Made by a program: the position numbers and the translations under genes
Shown here: positions 26,439 to 35,501 of the stretch, one piece after another
Position numbering within the stretch: the first letter of the stretch is position 1
Layout: the number at the start of each line of letters is the position of its first letter
DNA from: a virus
IMG/VR virus record: IMGVR_UViG_3300047673_000158
Span: 19,412-83,411 of that record
Direction: 5' to 3' (one strand)
Length of the DNA stretch: 64,000 nt
The notes under the pieces: generated by a model
Seen by the model: the letters and a program-made list of their open reading frames with translations, nothing else
Told to the model about the DNA's origin: nothing
The model's database searches: none

Positions 26439-28473
26439 GCGGCTAAATGCCACAATCGTTATTGGTGGCACGATTTCCGGCGCGCTTAAGGGCGCGCTGG
26501 GCGTGGCCCAAAACGGGCTGAAGCAAATCAGCAGCGAAATGGGGCGCGTGACCAAGCGCCAGGTTTTGCTGGGGAAGTCTATCCAGACGTTTTCCCGCAT
26601 GGGTAAAGACGTTTCTGCATTGCGCAACGAGTATGCGAAAACCGTTTCGACGCTTGACAACCTGCGCCGTGCGCAGGATCGGCTAAATAAATCCCAGGCG
26701 AGCTACACCAGCGCAAAGGAAACCCGTTCGAAATTGAACGGCGCGGCCGTGCGAATGGGCGCCACTGGCCTGGCGATTGGCGGCGTTCTGTCCAGGGGCG
26801 TGCACGCTGCAATCGAGCGTGAAAACGTCGTGGCCGTGATCCGCAATTCTGGCGTATCGAAGGAAGACGGCGACGCCATGATTAGCGCCGCGCAGCATTC
26901 AAAGCAGTTTGGCGTGTCAGTCACGAAGGCGACGGACACGGTTAGCGAACTGCGCACTGCGCTGGGCGACGCACACCACGCCATCGAAGCGCTGCCAACG
27001 GCGCTAAAAGCGATTTCTGGGCTTCAGCTTTACGACCGCCTGCACCACACTGATATGGCATCGGGCGATTCTGCCTATCAGATGGCGAAGGTAGCCGACG
27101 AGCGCGGCGGGGCAACCGACCCGGCCGCCATGCGCGAAAAATACAATTGGGCGTTTAAGGCGCTGACTGGCTCAAACGGCAAAGTGACTGTGAGCGATCT
27201 GCTTACGTCCGTGCGTTCCGGTAAGGGCGCCGTGCAGGCAATGAGCGATGAAGCGTTTTTCGGTGATACGTTTTTGCAGCAAAGCATGGGCGCCGACCGT
27301 TACGGCACGTCCAGCAGTTCGCTGGTAAATGCGTGGATCGGCGGGCACCAAACGCACGGCGCGTTTGACCACATGATGCAATTGGGCCTGCTGAACAAAA
27401 AGGGCGTGAAGTTCGACAAGACCGGCAAGGTTAAGACGATCTCGCCTGACGCGCTGGTGGACGCCCAAACGTTCCTGAAAGACCCGCAAACCTGGGTGGA
27501 TAAACACCTGGTGCCGCTGGCGAAGAAAAAGGGCGTTGACGTGAACGACCCGGCGCAGGTTATGGCGTTTGTAAACGCCATCGCGTCGAACACGAACGCG
27601 GCAAACATGCTGCTAAGTCGCATCCGGTTCAGTTCGAACATTTGGAAGGATCGGCGCAACGTCTTGCAGGCGAACGACACCGAAGGTTCAGACAAGGCCA
27701 ATCAGCAGTCCACGGCAGGGAAGATGGACAACGCCCGTGCGCGCCTGGATGATGCGCAGACCCGTGTGGGCGAGGTGCTGATACCCGCTTTCGCCAACGC
27801 CATGGAACGGCTGGCCACGGGGCTGGAATCCGTTAACAAGTTCGCGGACGCAAACCCGAAGCTGATGGAAGGCGTAGTGCTGGGCCTGGGCGGGCTGGCT
27901 GTGGGCCTGACATTGGCAGCGCCCATTCTGGCCACGGCGGGCGGCGCCCTGACGATTATCGCGGGTATCAAGCTGGCGGGCGCGGTGGCATCGCTGCGCG
28001 ATCTGAAGACGGCCGCCGAAGGTGTGGGACCCGCGACGGGCGGCGCAGCGAAGGGAATCTGGGGATTTCTCGGAAAGCTGGGGCTGGTGGCGGGGCTGGT
28101 GGAAACCGGGCTTACCGTGGCGAAGGCGGCCGGGCTGCCTGACGTGGACAAGGAAAAGGGCGCGGACGACGTTAAAAACGGCCGCTGGTGGGCCGCATCG
28201 GCGCACCTTAACCCGGTTGATTTCGGCGCGGCAGTATGGCGCCACATGACCGGGAAAGACCAGGACGCAGGCCCGGCCGCCGCGCCGACCATTCCGCCGA
28301 TTGCGGGCGGCCGAAGCGGCGGCGGTGCGCAGACTATCGATCAGCGCCAGTATCACGTCGCCTTCCACCAGCAGCCGGGCCAGTCCGGTAAGGACGCGGT
28401 AAACGAGCTAATGACCCGCCTGGGGGCGCCAGCTAACAAGCTGGGTTCCGGGCTTTACGATTCGGGGCTGTAA
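26428..28473 (+). CDS. Tape measure protein
   Basis: Long Ala/Gly-rich helical protein after the chaperone. Confidence 0.85.
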   Translation: MANKRLNATIVIGGTISGALKGALGVAQNGLKQISSEMGRVTKRQVLLGKSIQTFSRMGKDVSALRNEYAKTVSTLDNLRRAQDRLNKSQASYTSAKETRSKLNGAAVRMGATGLAIGGVLSRGVHAAIERENVVAVIRNSGVSKEDGDAMISAAQHSKQFGVSVTKATDTVSELRTALGDAHHAIEALPTALKAISGLQLYDRLHHTDMASGDSAYQMAKVADERGGATDPAAMREKYNWAFKALTGSNGKVTVSDLLTSVRSGKGAVQAMSDEAFFGDTFLQQSMGADRYGTSSSSLVNAWIGGHQTHGAFDHMMQLGLLNKKGVKFDKTGKVKTISPDALVDAQTFLKDPQTWVDKHLVPLAKKKGVDVNDPAQVMAFVNAIASNTNAANMLLSRIRFSSNIWKDRRNVLQANDTEGSDKANQQSTAGKMDNARARLDDAQTRVGEVLIPAFANAMERLATGLESVNKFADANPKLMEGVVLGLGGLAVGLTLAAPILATAGGALTIIAGIKLAGAVASLRDLKTAAEGVGPATGGAAKGIWGFLGKLGLVAGLVETGLTVAKAAGLPDVDKEKGADDVKNGRWWAASAHLNPVDFGAAVWRHMTGKDQDAGPAAAPTIPPIAGGRSGGGAQTIDQRQYHVAFHQQPGQSGKDAVNELMTRLGAPANKLGSGLYDSGL

Positions 28474-28476
28474 GGC

Positions 28477-29418
28477 ATGGCGAACGACAGCGGAAACCTG
28501 CCCACAATGATGGTGCTGGGCGATTACATTTTCTCGCTAAACACCCTGGTTTTTCAGGAATGGGCGCGAACGACAGAATGGAAGTGGCCCGCGCAGGAAC
28601 GCATGGGCCAGCTTGCCGCCAAGCAATTCACGGGGCGAGGCGAAGACGCGCTGGAACTGCCGGGCGTGATCTATCCCGATTTCGCGGGCGACATTCAGAG
28701 CCTGGATGAACTGCGCGCCATGGCTAACGACGGGCTGCCCTACGATCTGACGGACAGCCTGGGGTTCTATCAGGGCCGATGGGTTATCAACCGGCTGGAC
28801 GAAAAGCAGACGCACCACAAGACGGACGGCACGCCGCGCAAAGTGGAATTCACGCTGCGCCTGTCGATCTTTGACGACGGTACGACGGCCGACGACGGCA
28901 GCAGCGTGCTGGACAAGGCCAGCGGGCTGGTGACGGCCGCCACCACGGCAACCGGCACCACCAGCGCCCTGTCCGGGTTCGCGAGCATGGCAAAGACCGT
29001 GCAGACCACGGCCGCCACGGCGCTGGGCAGCCTGAAGGCGGCCGCCGCGCAGGTGCAGACTGTCGTGGGGCCGGTGCTGGCCGAAGCAAACAGCGCTATC
29101 GGCGCGCTGAACCGTTCCATTTCCGTGGTGAATGATCTGCGATCCACGGCCGCCAATGTGGCCGCGCAGGTGCAATCCATCGGCAATATCGGCGCCGTGT
29201 TGAGCGGGTCAAAAACGCTGCTGGACAAAATCGAGGCACTGGGCACGGGCGCTTCGTCGGCAACCCGCGTTATCGGGAATATCAGCCTTGTGGCGGGTTC
29301 CGTGCCGTCCAGTGTGTCCATGGCCCTGTCGAGCGCGAGTAACGCCACCACGTCCGTTTCCAGCCTGCTGGATAGCACAAAGACCGCTGCAAATTCCCTG
29401 CTGGCCAAATTCTCATGA
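28477..29418 (+). CDS. P2 gpU-like tail protein with long Ala/Ser/Thr-rich C-terminal extension
   Basis: MMVLGDYIF, QFTGRGED, PRKVEFTLRL. Confidence 0.82.
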   Translation: MANDSGNLPTMMVLGDYIFSLNTLVFQEWARTTEWKWPAQERMGQLAAKQFTGRGEDALELPGVIYPDFAGDIQSLDELRAMANDGLPYDLTDSLGFYQGRWVINRLDEKQTHHKTDGTPRKVEFTLRLSIFDDGTTADDGSSVLDKASGLVTAATTATGTTSALSGFASMAKTVQTTAATALGSLKAAAAQVQTVVGPVLAEANSAIGALNRSISVVNDLRSTAANVAAQVQSIGNIGAVLSGSKTLLDKIEALGTGASSATRVIGNISLVAGSVPSSVSMALSSASNATTSVSSLLDSTKTAANSLLAKFS

Positions 29419-29636
29419 CAGCACAATATCTTTCCCGCGAAGGCGACACGCTGGACTATATCGCCTGGGCGCAATACGGGACCGTCACACCGTCGGTTCT
29501 TAACGCGGTGCTGGCGGCTAACTATGGGCTGGCCGACCTGGGGCCGGTGCTGCCGGTGGGCACCGTCGTGGCGCTGCCTGCAATCGACGTGGCAACGGAC
29601 GTGGCGACCACGGGCGAGGTTTCGCTATGGACGTGA
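29415..29636 (+). CDS. Tail protein X (LysM-like)
   Basis: GDTLDYIAWAQYG...N.GLADLGPVLP.G, VSLW. Confidence 0.9.
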   Translation: MTAQYLSREGDTLDYIAWAQYGTVTPSVLNAVLAANYGLADLGPVLPVGTVVALPAIDVATDVATTGEVSLWT

Positions 29637-30685
29637 ACGTTACGCCGTCGTTTTCGCTGAAGGCGAACGACAACGACATAACGGCCATCATCGTGGATCG
29701 GTTTGTATCGCTTTCGCTGACGGACGAAACCGGCGACAACGCGGACAAGCTGGAAATTGTGCTGGCCGACCACGTGGACGATGCGCGCATTAAAAAGCCG
29801 CCCACGGGCGCGGAAATCGCACTATCGCTGGGCTATGACGGCGTGATGACGGCGAAAGGTATTTTCGTATGTGACAGCGTGCGCCGCACGGGCTGGCCGC
29901 GCCAGCTTACGATTGTGGCGCACGCTGCGCCGTGGGACGAAACACCGAAAGGCAAAATAGACTTTCAGTCCCACAAGTCGCGAGCGTGGAAGGTGGGAAC
30001 GACCATCGGCGCAATGGTCCAGAAGATGGCGAAAGAGCATGGCATGACCGCGCTGGTTTCGCCATCGCTGGCCAGCGTGGCGCTGCCGCACATTAACCAG
30101 TCCGAAGAATCGGATATAAACCTGCTGCTGCGCATCGCGAAGAAATACGACGCCATTGCAAAGCCAGCCGGTGGAAAGCTGATTTTCACCAAGCGAGGCG
30201 ACGCCACGACGGTAAGCGGCGCGGCGCTGCCAAAAATTCCGGTGGCGGCCAGCGATTGCGGCGCATTCCAGTGGGAAGAATCCACGCGCGAGTCGGCGGG
30301 CACCGTGGTGGCCTATTACCACTCGAAGCGCAGCGCGAAGCGGCACGAAGTAACGGCGGGAACAGGCGAGCCGGTGAAGCGGCTGAAGCAGTATTTCCCC
30401 ACGCCAGCCATGGCCCTGGCTGCCGCAAAAGCGGAACTGGCGAAGCGGGCGCGCGGCGCGTTCCGGTTCAACGTGAATATTCCAGGCGAGCCGCGATTGA
30501 CGGCCGAATGCCTGCTGGACGTTACCGGGTTTGGTGACGAGTCAGACGGCGAATGGCTGGTGAAGCGCGCAATTCACAATATGAGTAAAGACGCGTACCG
30601 CTGCGTGGTTGACTGCGAAAGACCGAACAGCGACGCCGACGTGGAAGCAGTCATGAATGGCACGGAATCGGACGCGGCAGACTAG
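29627..30685 (+). CDS. Late control D/baseplate hub protein
   Basis: SLSLTDETG..ADKLEI, QSEESD..LLRIA. Confidence 0.9.
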   Translation: MDVNVTPSFSLKANDNDITAIIVDRFVSLSLTDETGDNADKLEIVLADHVDDARIKKPPTGAEIALSLGYDGVMTAKGIFVCDSVRRTGWPRQLTIVAHAAPWDETPKGKIDFQSHKSRAWKVGTTIGAMVQKMAKEHGMTALVSPSLASVALPHINQSEESDINLLLRIAKKYDAIAKPAGGKLIFTKRGDATTVSGAALPKIPVAASDCGAFQWEESTRESAGTVVAYYHSKRSAKRHEVTAGTGEPVKRLKQYFPTPAMALAAAKAELAKRARGAFRFNVNIPGEPRLTAECLLDVTGFGDESDGEWLVKRAIHNMSKDAYRCVVDCERPNSDADVEAVMNGTESDAAD

Positions 30686-30696
30686 CGAGAGCCGTA

Positions 30697-30791
30697 TTAT
30701 CCAGATGGACGAAACGCCGACCGTTCGCCACCGATGCCGCCGCCCCGCGCGCCCCTGGATGCCAGGGCGGCGGGGTTTATCCAGATGAACG
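30697..30791. repeat. 15-bp direct repeat TTATCCAGATG(G/A)ACG bracketing a GC-rich hairpin
   Basis: Copies at 30697-30711 and 30777-30791 in the convergent intergenic gap. Confidence 0.6.
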
Positions 30792-30815
30792 CAGGCCGCC
30801 CGCCTGCGCTTCGCT

Positions 30816-31457
30816 TTAGTCTTCCTCGCCTTCCACGTCCATGGCTCCATGAAGCGGGCAGGGCGGGCGGCCGACTTCCAACCACTTGCGCGTGATTCGC
30901 ACCGTGTAGCCGCATTCGGCGCACATGGCTTTGAGAAGCCGGGCGGATTGCTTTTTGGGGCCGGTGGACGATTCGCCGTCGCTTTCTTCACCCAGGCTAG
31001 GACCGTCTTCGCCTTCGCCACGTTGTTGCCCGCGTGCGTTGGTCCACCGCAGGCTGGCGTGGGGAATCTTGCCCAGCTTGTCAATGAACGGCTGCGCCCA
31101 CTCTTTGAATTCTTCGCCTACGACCGTGGACGTAAGCGGGCGTTTCAGGCCCAGCGCCATGACGACACGGGCAAACGCGCCTTGGTGCCCGCATTCGAAC
31201 CCCACGGCAGCGTGCGCCAGTTCATGCGCCAGGTGGCCGGAAATCATCATTGAATCTGCTTCGTCAGGGCGGATATGGATTTGAAAGCGCTTATCCGCGC
31301 TGGCGCTGGAATGCCAGCACTCCGCTGCTGCGCGTCCGTCTTTGCCTGCGGCCGGGAAGCCCACGGACACATAGAACGGCGGCAGCGGGTGGCCCAATTC
31401 TTCGAAGCGCGGGGCCATGAGGTTTGCCATTTCGTTAAGCCAGGTTTCGCGGTTCAT
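30816..31457 (-). CDS. SprT-like zinc metalloprotease domain protein
   Basis: LAHELAHA...GH...F; C-terminal CxxC...CPxH. Confidence 0.75.
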   Translation of the reverse strand: MNRETWLNEMANLMAPRFEELGHPLPPFYVSVGFPAAGKDGRAAAECWHSSASADKRFQIHIRPDEADSMMISGHLAHELAHAAVGFECGHQGAFARVVMALGLKRPLTSTVVGEEFKEWAQPFIDKLGKIPHASLRWTNARGQQRGEGEDGPSLGEESDGESSTGPKKQSARLLKAMCAECGYTVRITRKWLEVGRPPCPLHGAMDVEGEED

Positions 31458-31502
31458 GCTGAAAGTCCCTTTCGTTTCGTTATTCGTTTAAACGCAAAAC
31501 GG

Positions 31503-31531
31503 ATTCTAGTCGTTTACTTTTGGAAACGCAA
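31503..31531 (-). promoter_or_regulatory. Early promoter with operator
   Basis: Minus strand TTGCGT-17-TAGAAT; operator GTTTACTTTTGGAAAC 31512-31527. Confidence 0.75.
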
Positions 31532-31538
31532 GCGGGCG

Positions 31539-31571
31539 TAAAAAAGCCCGTGGCGAACAATCCACGGGCTT
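31539..31571 (-). terminator. Terminator of the ssb operon
   Basis: AAAAAAGCCCGTGG...CCACGGGCTT. Confidence 0.75.
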
Positions 31572-31606
31572 ATTACTTCAGGCTATGGAATCAGCCTTAC
31601 TTATGG

Positions 31607-32077
31607 CTAAAACGGTATATCGTCGTCCATTTCATCGAAGCCGCCGCCGTTCGTTGGCTTGCCTGCTGCGGCCGGGCGTTCCTGCCGTTCGCGCGCCGGG
31701 CGTTCGCTGCGCTGGCCACCATCGCCTGACGATCCGCCGCCTTCGCGCGGGCTGCCTAGCATTTTCATGGTATCGGCCACAATTTCCGTGCTGTAACGGG
31801 TTTCGCCGTCTTTCTCCCAGGTTCGCGTTTGAATGCGACCCTGGATAAACACCTGGCTGCCTTTCTTCAGGAATTCGCTAACGATTTCCGCCAGCTTGCC
31901 GAAGAATGCCACGCGGTGCCATTCGGTGCGTTCCTGTTTGGCGCCGTCTTTGTCTTTCCACGTTTCCGTGGTTGCAATGCGGATATTTGCTACAGCGTCA
32001 CCGCTGGGCAAGTACCGCACTTCAGGGTCCGCGCCCAGGTTGCCAATGAGTTGAACTTGATTCAAATATGCGGGCAT
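31607..32077 (-). CDS. ssb: Single-stranded DNA-binding protein
   Basis: [21 protein letters not shown]-terminal DDDIPF. Confidence 0.97.
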   Translation of the reverse strand: MPAYLNQVQLIGNLGADPEVRYLPSGDAVANIRIATTETWKDKDGAKQERTEWHRVAFFGKLAEIVSEFLKKGSQVFIQGRIQTRTWEKDGETRYSTEIVADTMKMLGSPREGGGSSGDGGQRSERPARERQERPAAAGKPTNGGGFDEMDDDIPF

Positions 32078-32122
32078 GAAAGTGACTTTCCGAAAGTTAA
32101 ATTGTATTACGAAAGACGCATG

Positions 32123-32383
32123 TTACGCGAACGTGGACGGCTGCGCCACGGCGCGAGTAAGCATCATGAAGCCGATTTGCAAATGGCGCTTCCCTTCTTC
32201 TTCCCAGCCCATGGCTTCGATTACCACGGCCTGTTTTTCTTCGTCGCCACGCGCGGCCGTGTACTGCTTCGCGGTGCGCTTTTGTACGGCTTCCACCAGC
32301 CGTTTTGTTTCTTCCCCGTGCGCTTCGATGCGTGCCAGAAGTTCTTCCGTTTCCGGGCTGGTGTTTTGCGTCATTTGGTCCAT
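32123..32383 (-). CDS. Acb2-like (anti-CBASS sponge fold) protein, divergent
   Basis: RIxxxG..QY..W...GK.HLQIGFMMLTRAVAQPSTF matches the recalled Acb2 pattern [22 protein letters not shown]. Confidence 0.72.
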   Translation of the reverse strand: MDQMTQNTSPETEELLARIEAHGEETKRLVEAVQKRTAKQYTAARGDEEKQAVVIEAMGWEEEGKRHLQIGFMMLTRAVAQPSTFA

Positions 32384-32443
32384 TGTGGTTCCTTTCTTGC
32401 TATGTCAACGCGGAACGTTTAATACATTCCGCATGAATGATTA

Positions 32444-32665
32444 TCAGCGATACCTTTCAAATTCTCTAGCGCAAACAGGGCCACAAAACAGCCTTAATTC
32501 GTCGCCTTCGAACGGTTCGGCACACCGTGGATTTTTGCAGCAGCCTTCTGCGGCCACACGCGGCGCTGCTTCCGCGCGTGCCCGTTGAGCCTGGATGGAT
32601 TGCGCCAGGTCAATCTCGATTCTGTGCTGGGCCTGGTCCAGCACGTCCGAAAACAATTCAGCCAT
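32444..32665 (-). CDS. TraR/DksA-like C4 zinc-finger protein
   Basis: SDVLDQAQ N-terminal helix plus CxxxxC...FCxxxC. Confidence 0.65.
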   Translation of the reverse strand: MAELFSDVLDQAQHRIEIDLAQSIQAQRARAEAAPRVAAEGCCKNPRCAEPFEGDELRLFCGPVCAREFERYR

Positions 32666-33161
32666 TTGCCTGGTTCTCTGCGCGTTCCATGGCGATGACG
32701 GCGCCAGCCAGGTAATTGATTGCGCCCAGCAGTTCCCGCACGCCAGCGCCGTGCGGCAGGCGCTGCGATTCTTCGGATTTTTTGAACGCCTGGCCCAGCA
32801 GCGCGCCGACACCGAAACGCCGCGCCATGTCCTGCATAACTTGCGCGTCGAACGGTTCGCCGTCTTGCGCGTGGCGTTCCGCACCCTTGCCGTGGGCTGC
32901 CTGCTGGAAAGCGCGAGCCAGTACGCGGGCTAAGCTTTGATAGCCCGGCGCGTCCAGCAGCACGCCGGATTCAGCGCGCGGCTTCTGTGGAATCACTTCC
33001 AAGGCGCCGAAATGGAAATGGTCGTGGGCGCCGGGGATTTTGCTGGCAAGCTGCACCACCACCATGCTGCCGTCGAACCGAACCACGCGGCCGTCGCAGC
33101 CTGCCATGGGCACGTGTACCGTGTCGCCCACGGATACGGAAAGTGTATTGGTGGCTGTCAT
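32658..33161 (-). CDS. Conserved phage hypothetical protein
   Basis: GKGAERHA...GQAFKK..E...ELLGAINYLA; coupled within the operon. Confidence 0.65.
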   Translation of the reverse strand: MTATNTLSVSVGDTVHVPMAGCDGRVVRFDGSMVVVQLASKIPGAHDHFHFGALEVIPQKPRAESGVLLDAPGYQSLARVLARAFQQAAHGKGAERHAQDGEPFDAQVMQDMARRFGVGALLGQAFKKSEESQRLPHGAGVRELLGAINYLAGAVIAMERAENQANG

Positions 33162-34135
33162 TATTCGGCACCTTCCAAAGCCGCATTCACGCCTGCCAGT
33201 TCAGTGCCGCCCGCCTGCGCTTCGGTGCGTTGCTTGTCGAACGCAGCGGCCTGTTCCTTCAGGTCTTCCGGGCAGCCCTTGGTGCTGATGCGCTTTTTGA
33301 TCGCGGCCGGTACGGCTGCCCACGCCTTCACCAGTTCCGCCGTGCCCTTTGCCGCTTCCATGCGCAGCGCGTCCAGCGTGCGCTGCTTTTCTTCGTCCAC
33401 CTTGGTGCCGCCGTCCACCCATTCACGGATGCGCAGGCCGTGTTCATAGCCCAGGAAGCCTTCGTGCCAGCCGACCGTCCCCACGATTTCTTCCAGGTCC
33501 GGGTGGCTTTTCAGCACTTCGCGCTGTTTGCCGCCGTCGTACATCATGATCGACACGGTAAGTTCGAACGGGAAATTCTTTTCGCAAATCGGCTGGATGC
33601 CCTGCGGTTCGTATTCCGTCTTTCCGTTGACCCGGACCATTTTCGTTTTTTCGCGGGCACGCATGCACGCGATAACGTGCATCGGCGACGACAGCAGCGC
33701 ATTCACGAAACGCTTATGCTCTGCCTTTGCGTCGTTCCATTTTGGAACCTTCAACACTGAGCCGGGCGGGTTCGCGATTTCTTCACAGCCGCCAGTGCCT
33801 TCCCATTCGTGCGACGTGCTATCAATAATCAGCACTTCGAAACCAGCCTTTGCCGCGCCTTCAATCACGTCAATGTAGCGTTGCGGGCTGAACGGCGCGT
33901 ACAGGTCGTGAATCATGAATTTCTTCACGTTGCCTTCTGCGTCCTGCAGGACGCGGGCGAACAGACGGCCGCGCCGGTTTTCCGTGCAGACAAAGCCGAT
34001 TTTCGACGTGTCGCCCTTCACCATGCCGTGGGCGATTTCCAGCGCCGTGCGGGTCTTTCCGCCGCCGCTTACCCCAGCCAGGCCAATCACCAGCCGGGCG
34101 CCTTCGCGTTCCGCAACTTCAAATTTGATAGTCAC
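33161..34135 (-). CDS. AAA ATPase, Sak4-like recombinase
   Basis: GVSGGGKT, LIIDSTSHEW; between exonuclease and ssb. Confidence 0.8.
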   Translation of the reverse strand: MTIKFEVAEREGARLVIGLAGVSGGGKTRTALEIAHGMVKGDTSKIGFVCTENRRGRLFARVLQDAEGNVKKFMIHDLYAPFSPQRYIDVIEGAAKAGFEVLIIDSTSHEWEGTGGCEEIANPPGSVLKVPKWNDAKAEHKRFVNALLSSPMHVIACMRAREKTKMVRVNGKTEYEPQGIQPICEKNFPFELTVSIMMYDGGKQREVLKSHPDLEEIVGTVGWHEGFLGYEHGLRIREWVDGGTKVDEEKQRTLDALRMEAAKGTAELVKAWAAVPAAIKKRISTKGCPEDLKEQAAAFDKQRTEAQAGGTELAGVNAALEGAE

Positions 34136-34150
34136 TTTCTTATGTTCCCT

Positions 34151-35275
34151 TTATGCGCCAAGACGCTGCACGCCCTGGCTGACATACCAAGCTGGCAATG
34201 CCAGGCTTTCCACTTTCTCGCTATACGCCGGAAACTTCCCGCTTTGCAGGCATTCCGCGTATCGGTTCAGATTTGCCCGATACTGCATCCGGCCTAGCTC
34301 TACGTCTTCCGCTCGCAACACATACACGCCGACCGCATACGGCGCCTTTTTTTCCACCGCGATAAACACAAACGCACGCGGCTTGCGCTTCACTGCCGCC
34401 AGGCCATCCCTGTAAAACGGGTCCTGGACGTGATACCGATAGTTAGCGCAAGACTTCGCGAATTCATGCGGGCTTGCGTCTTCTGTGGTCTTCAGGTCCA
34501 CCACAAAGTCGTCGTCAGTCAGGTAATCCGGCCGACAGCGACACAGCACGCCTGTTACCTTGTCAATCCAGTACACGGATTGTTCAGGACGCCCAGGTTT
34601 TTGCAGCAAGGCTGCTGCCTTCGGATGCGCCATAACGGCTTCGCGCATCTTGTGCAGCACGTCCCATTCTTCCGTTTGCAGGATCGAGCGGTGGCCGTTG
34701 TTGCGCTCCCATTCCGCCTTCAAATCCCGCCACAACGTCACCGGCTTACCGTTTGACCGCAGCAGTGTTGCAAGCTGTTCCGTCGATCCTGAAACGGGCA
34801 GCAGCCCTTCACGCGATTCGTTCAGCACACCAATAAGCTGCTTAAGTTCCGCGCCGCTCATTGCTTCGCAGGCTTCACGCGTCCACACCATCGTGTCCAC
34901 GTCAGTTTGCGCTGCAATGATGCGTTCAATCTGTTCTGCCTTCGCGCCCGTGGTTGCCAGTTTTGGCAGCCGCCTTGCGTTCAGGCTTTCCACCATCGAC
35001 ACCAGCACTTCCTTATCGTCAATGGCTTCCGGGTAATCGCTGCGCCGCATGCCCAGCGTGTATTCCGTCGCAAACACCTTGGGTTCCAACACCAGCGCAT
35101 GGAACGCGGTTCCGATGGCCTGCGCCGCCGTTGGCACCCTGTCTTCACGCGGCGCGTCCAGTGCTGCTTTCAGATGCGCCGGGCTTCGTTCGATCAGGTC
35201 CAGAAGCGACTTTGAAACCCCTGGGCCGCCGTGGTAATCCGCGTTCGAAATATCCGGGTAAATGCCTGGCTTCAT
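34151..35275 (-). CDS. RecE/exonuclease VIII-like PD-(D/E)xK nuclease (DUF3799)
   Basis: PGIY.DISNADYH, GTAFH, RCRPD, VDLKTT, YHVQ..FY. Confidence 0.9.
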   Translation of the reverse strand: MKPGIYPDISNADYHGGPGVSKSLLDLIERSPAHLKAALDAPREDRVPTAAQAIGTAFHALVLEPKVFATEYTLGMRRSDYPEAIDDKEVLVSMVESLNARRLPKLATTGAKAEQIERIIAAQTDVDTMVWTREACEAMSGAELKQLIGVLNESREGLLPVSGSTEQLATLLRSNGKPVTLWRDLKAEWERNNGHRSILQTEEWDVLHKMREAVMAHPKAAALLQKPGRPEQSVYWIDKVTGVLCRCRPDYLTDDDFVVDLKTTEDASPHEFAKSCANYRYHVQDPFYRDGLAAVKRKPRAFVFIAVEKKAPYAVGVYVLRAEDVELGRMQYRANLNRYAECLQSGKFPAYSEKVESLALPAWYVSQGVQRLGA

Positions 35276-35349
35276 GCGTTGAAATCCTGTGCTTCCTATC
35301 GAACATACACAAGCGCTAGAGCGTGTTATGTGCCTGTTCAATAAGGATA

Positions 35350-35475
35350 TTTTTAATCTTACGTTTCCAAATGTCAACACATAGGGAAACATTATTTAGG
35401 CTGTCGTTTACTACCAACAGGCCATTTTTACCTATGCGGTAAAGTTTGCCGATATTACCCGGATTCGGTCATAAT
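35350..35475. promoter_or_regulatory. Divergent promoter region with operator
   Basis: Leftward TTGACA-17-AAAAAT overlapping GTTTCCAAATGTCAAC (35363-35378); rightward TTGCCG-18-CATAAT. Confidence 0.6.
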
Positions 35476-35501
35476 TACCGAATCGTGGCGTGGATACGAC
35501 A

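Noticed and set aside
30697-30791. Mini CRISPR array
   Set aside because: Only two 15-bp repeats with a 65-bp structured spacer; no cas genes
35401-35420. LexA box CTGT...ACAG
   Set aside because: Spacer is 12 bp, not the 8 bp of the beta/gammaproteobacterial SOS box
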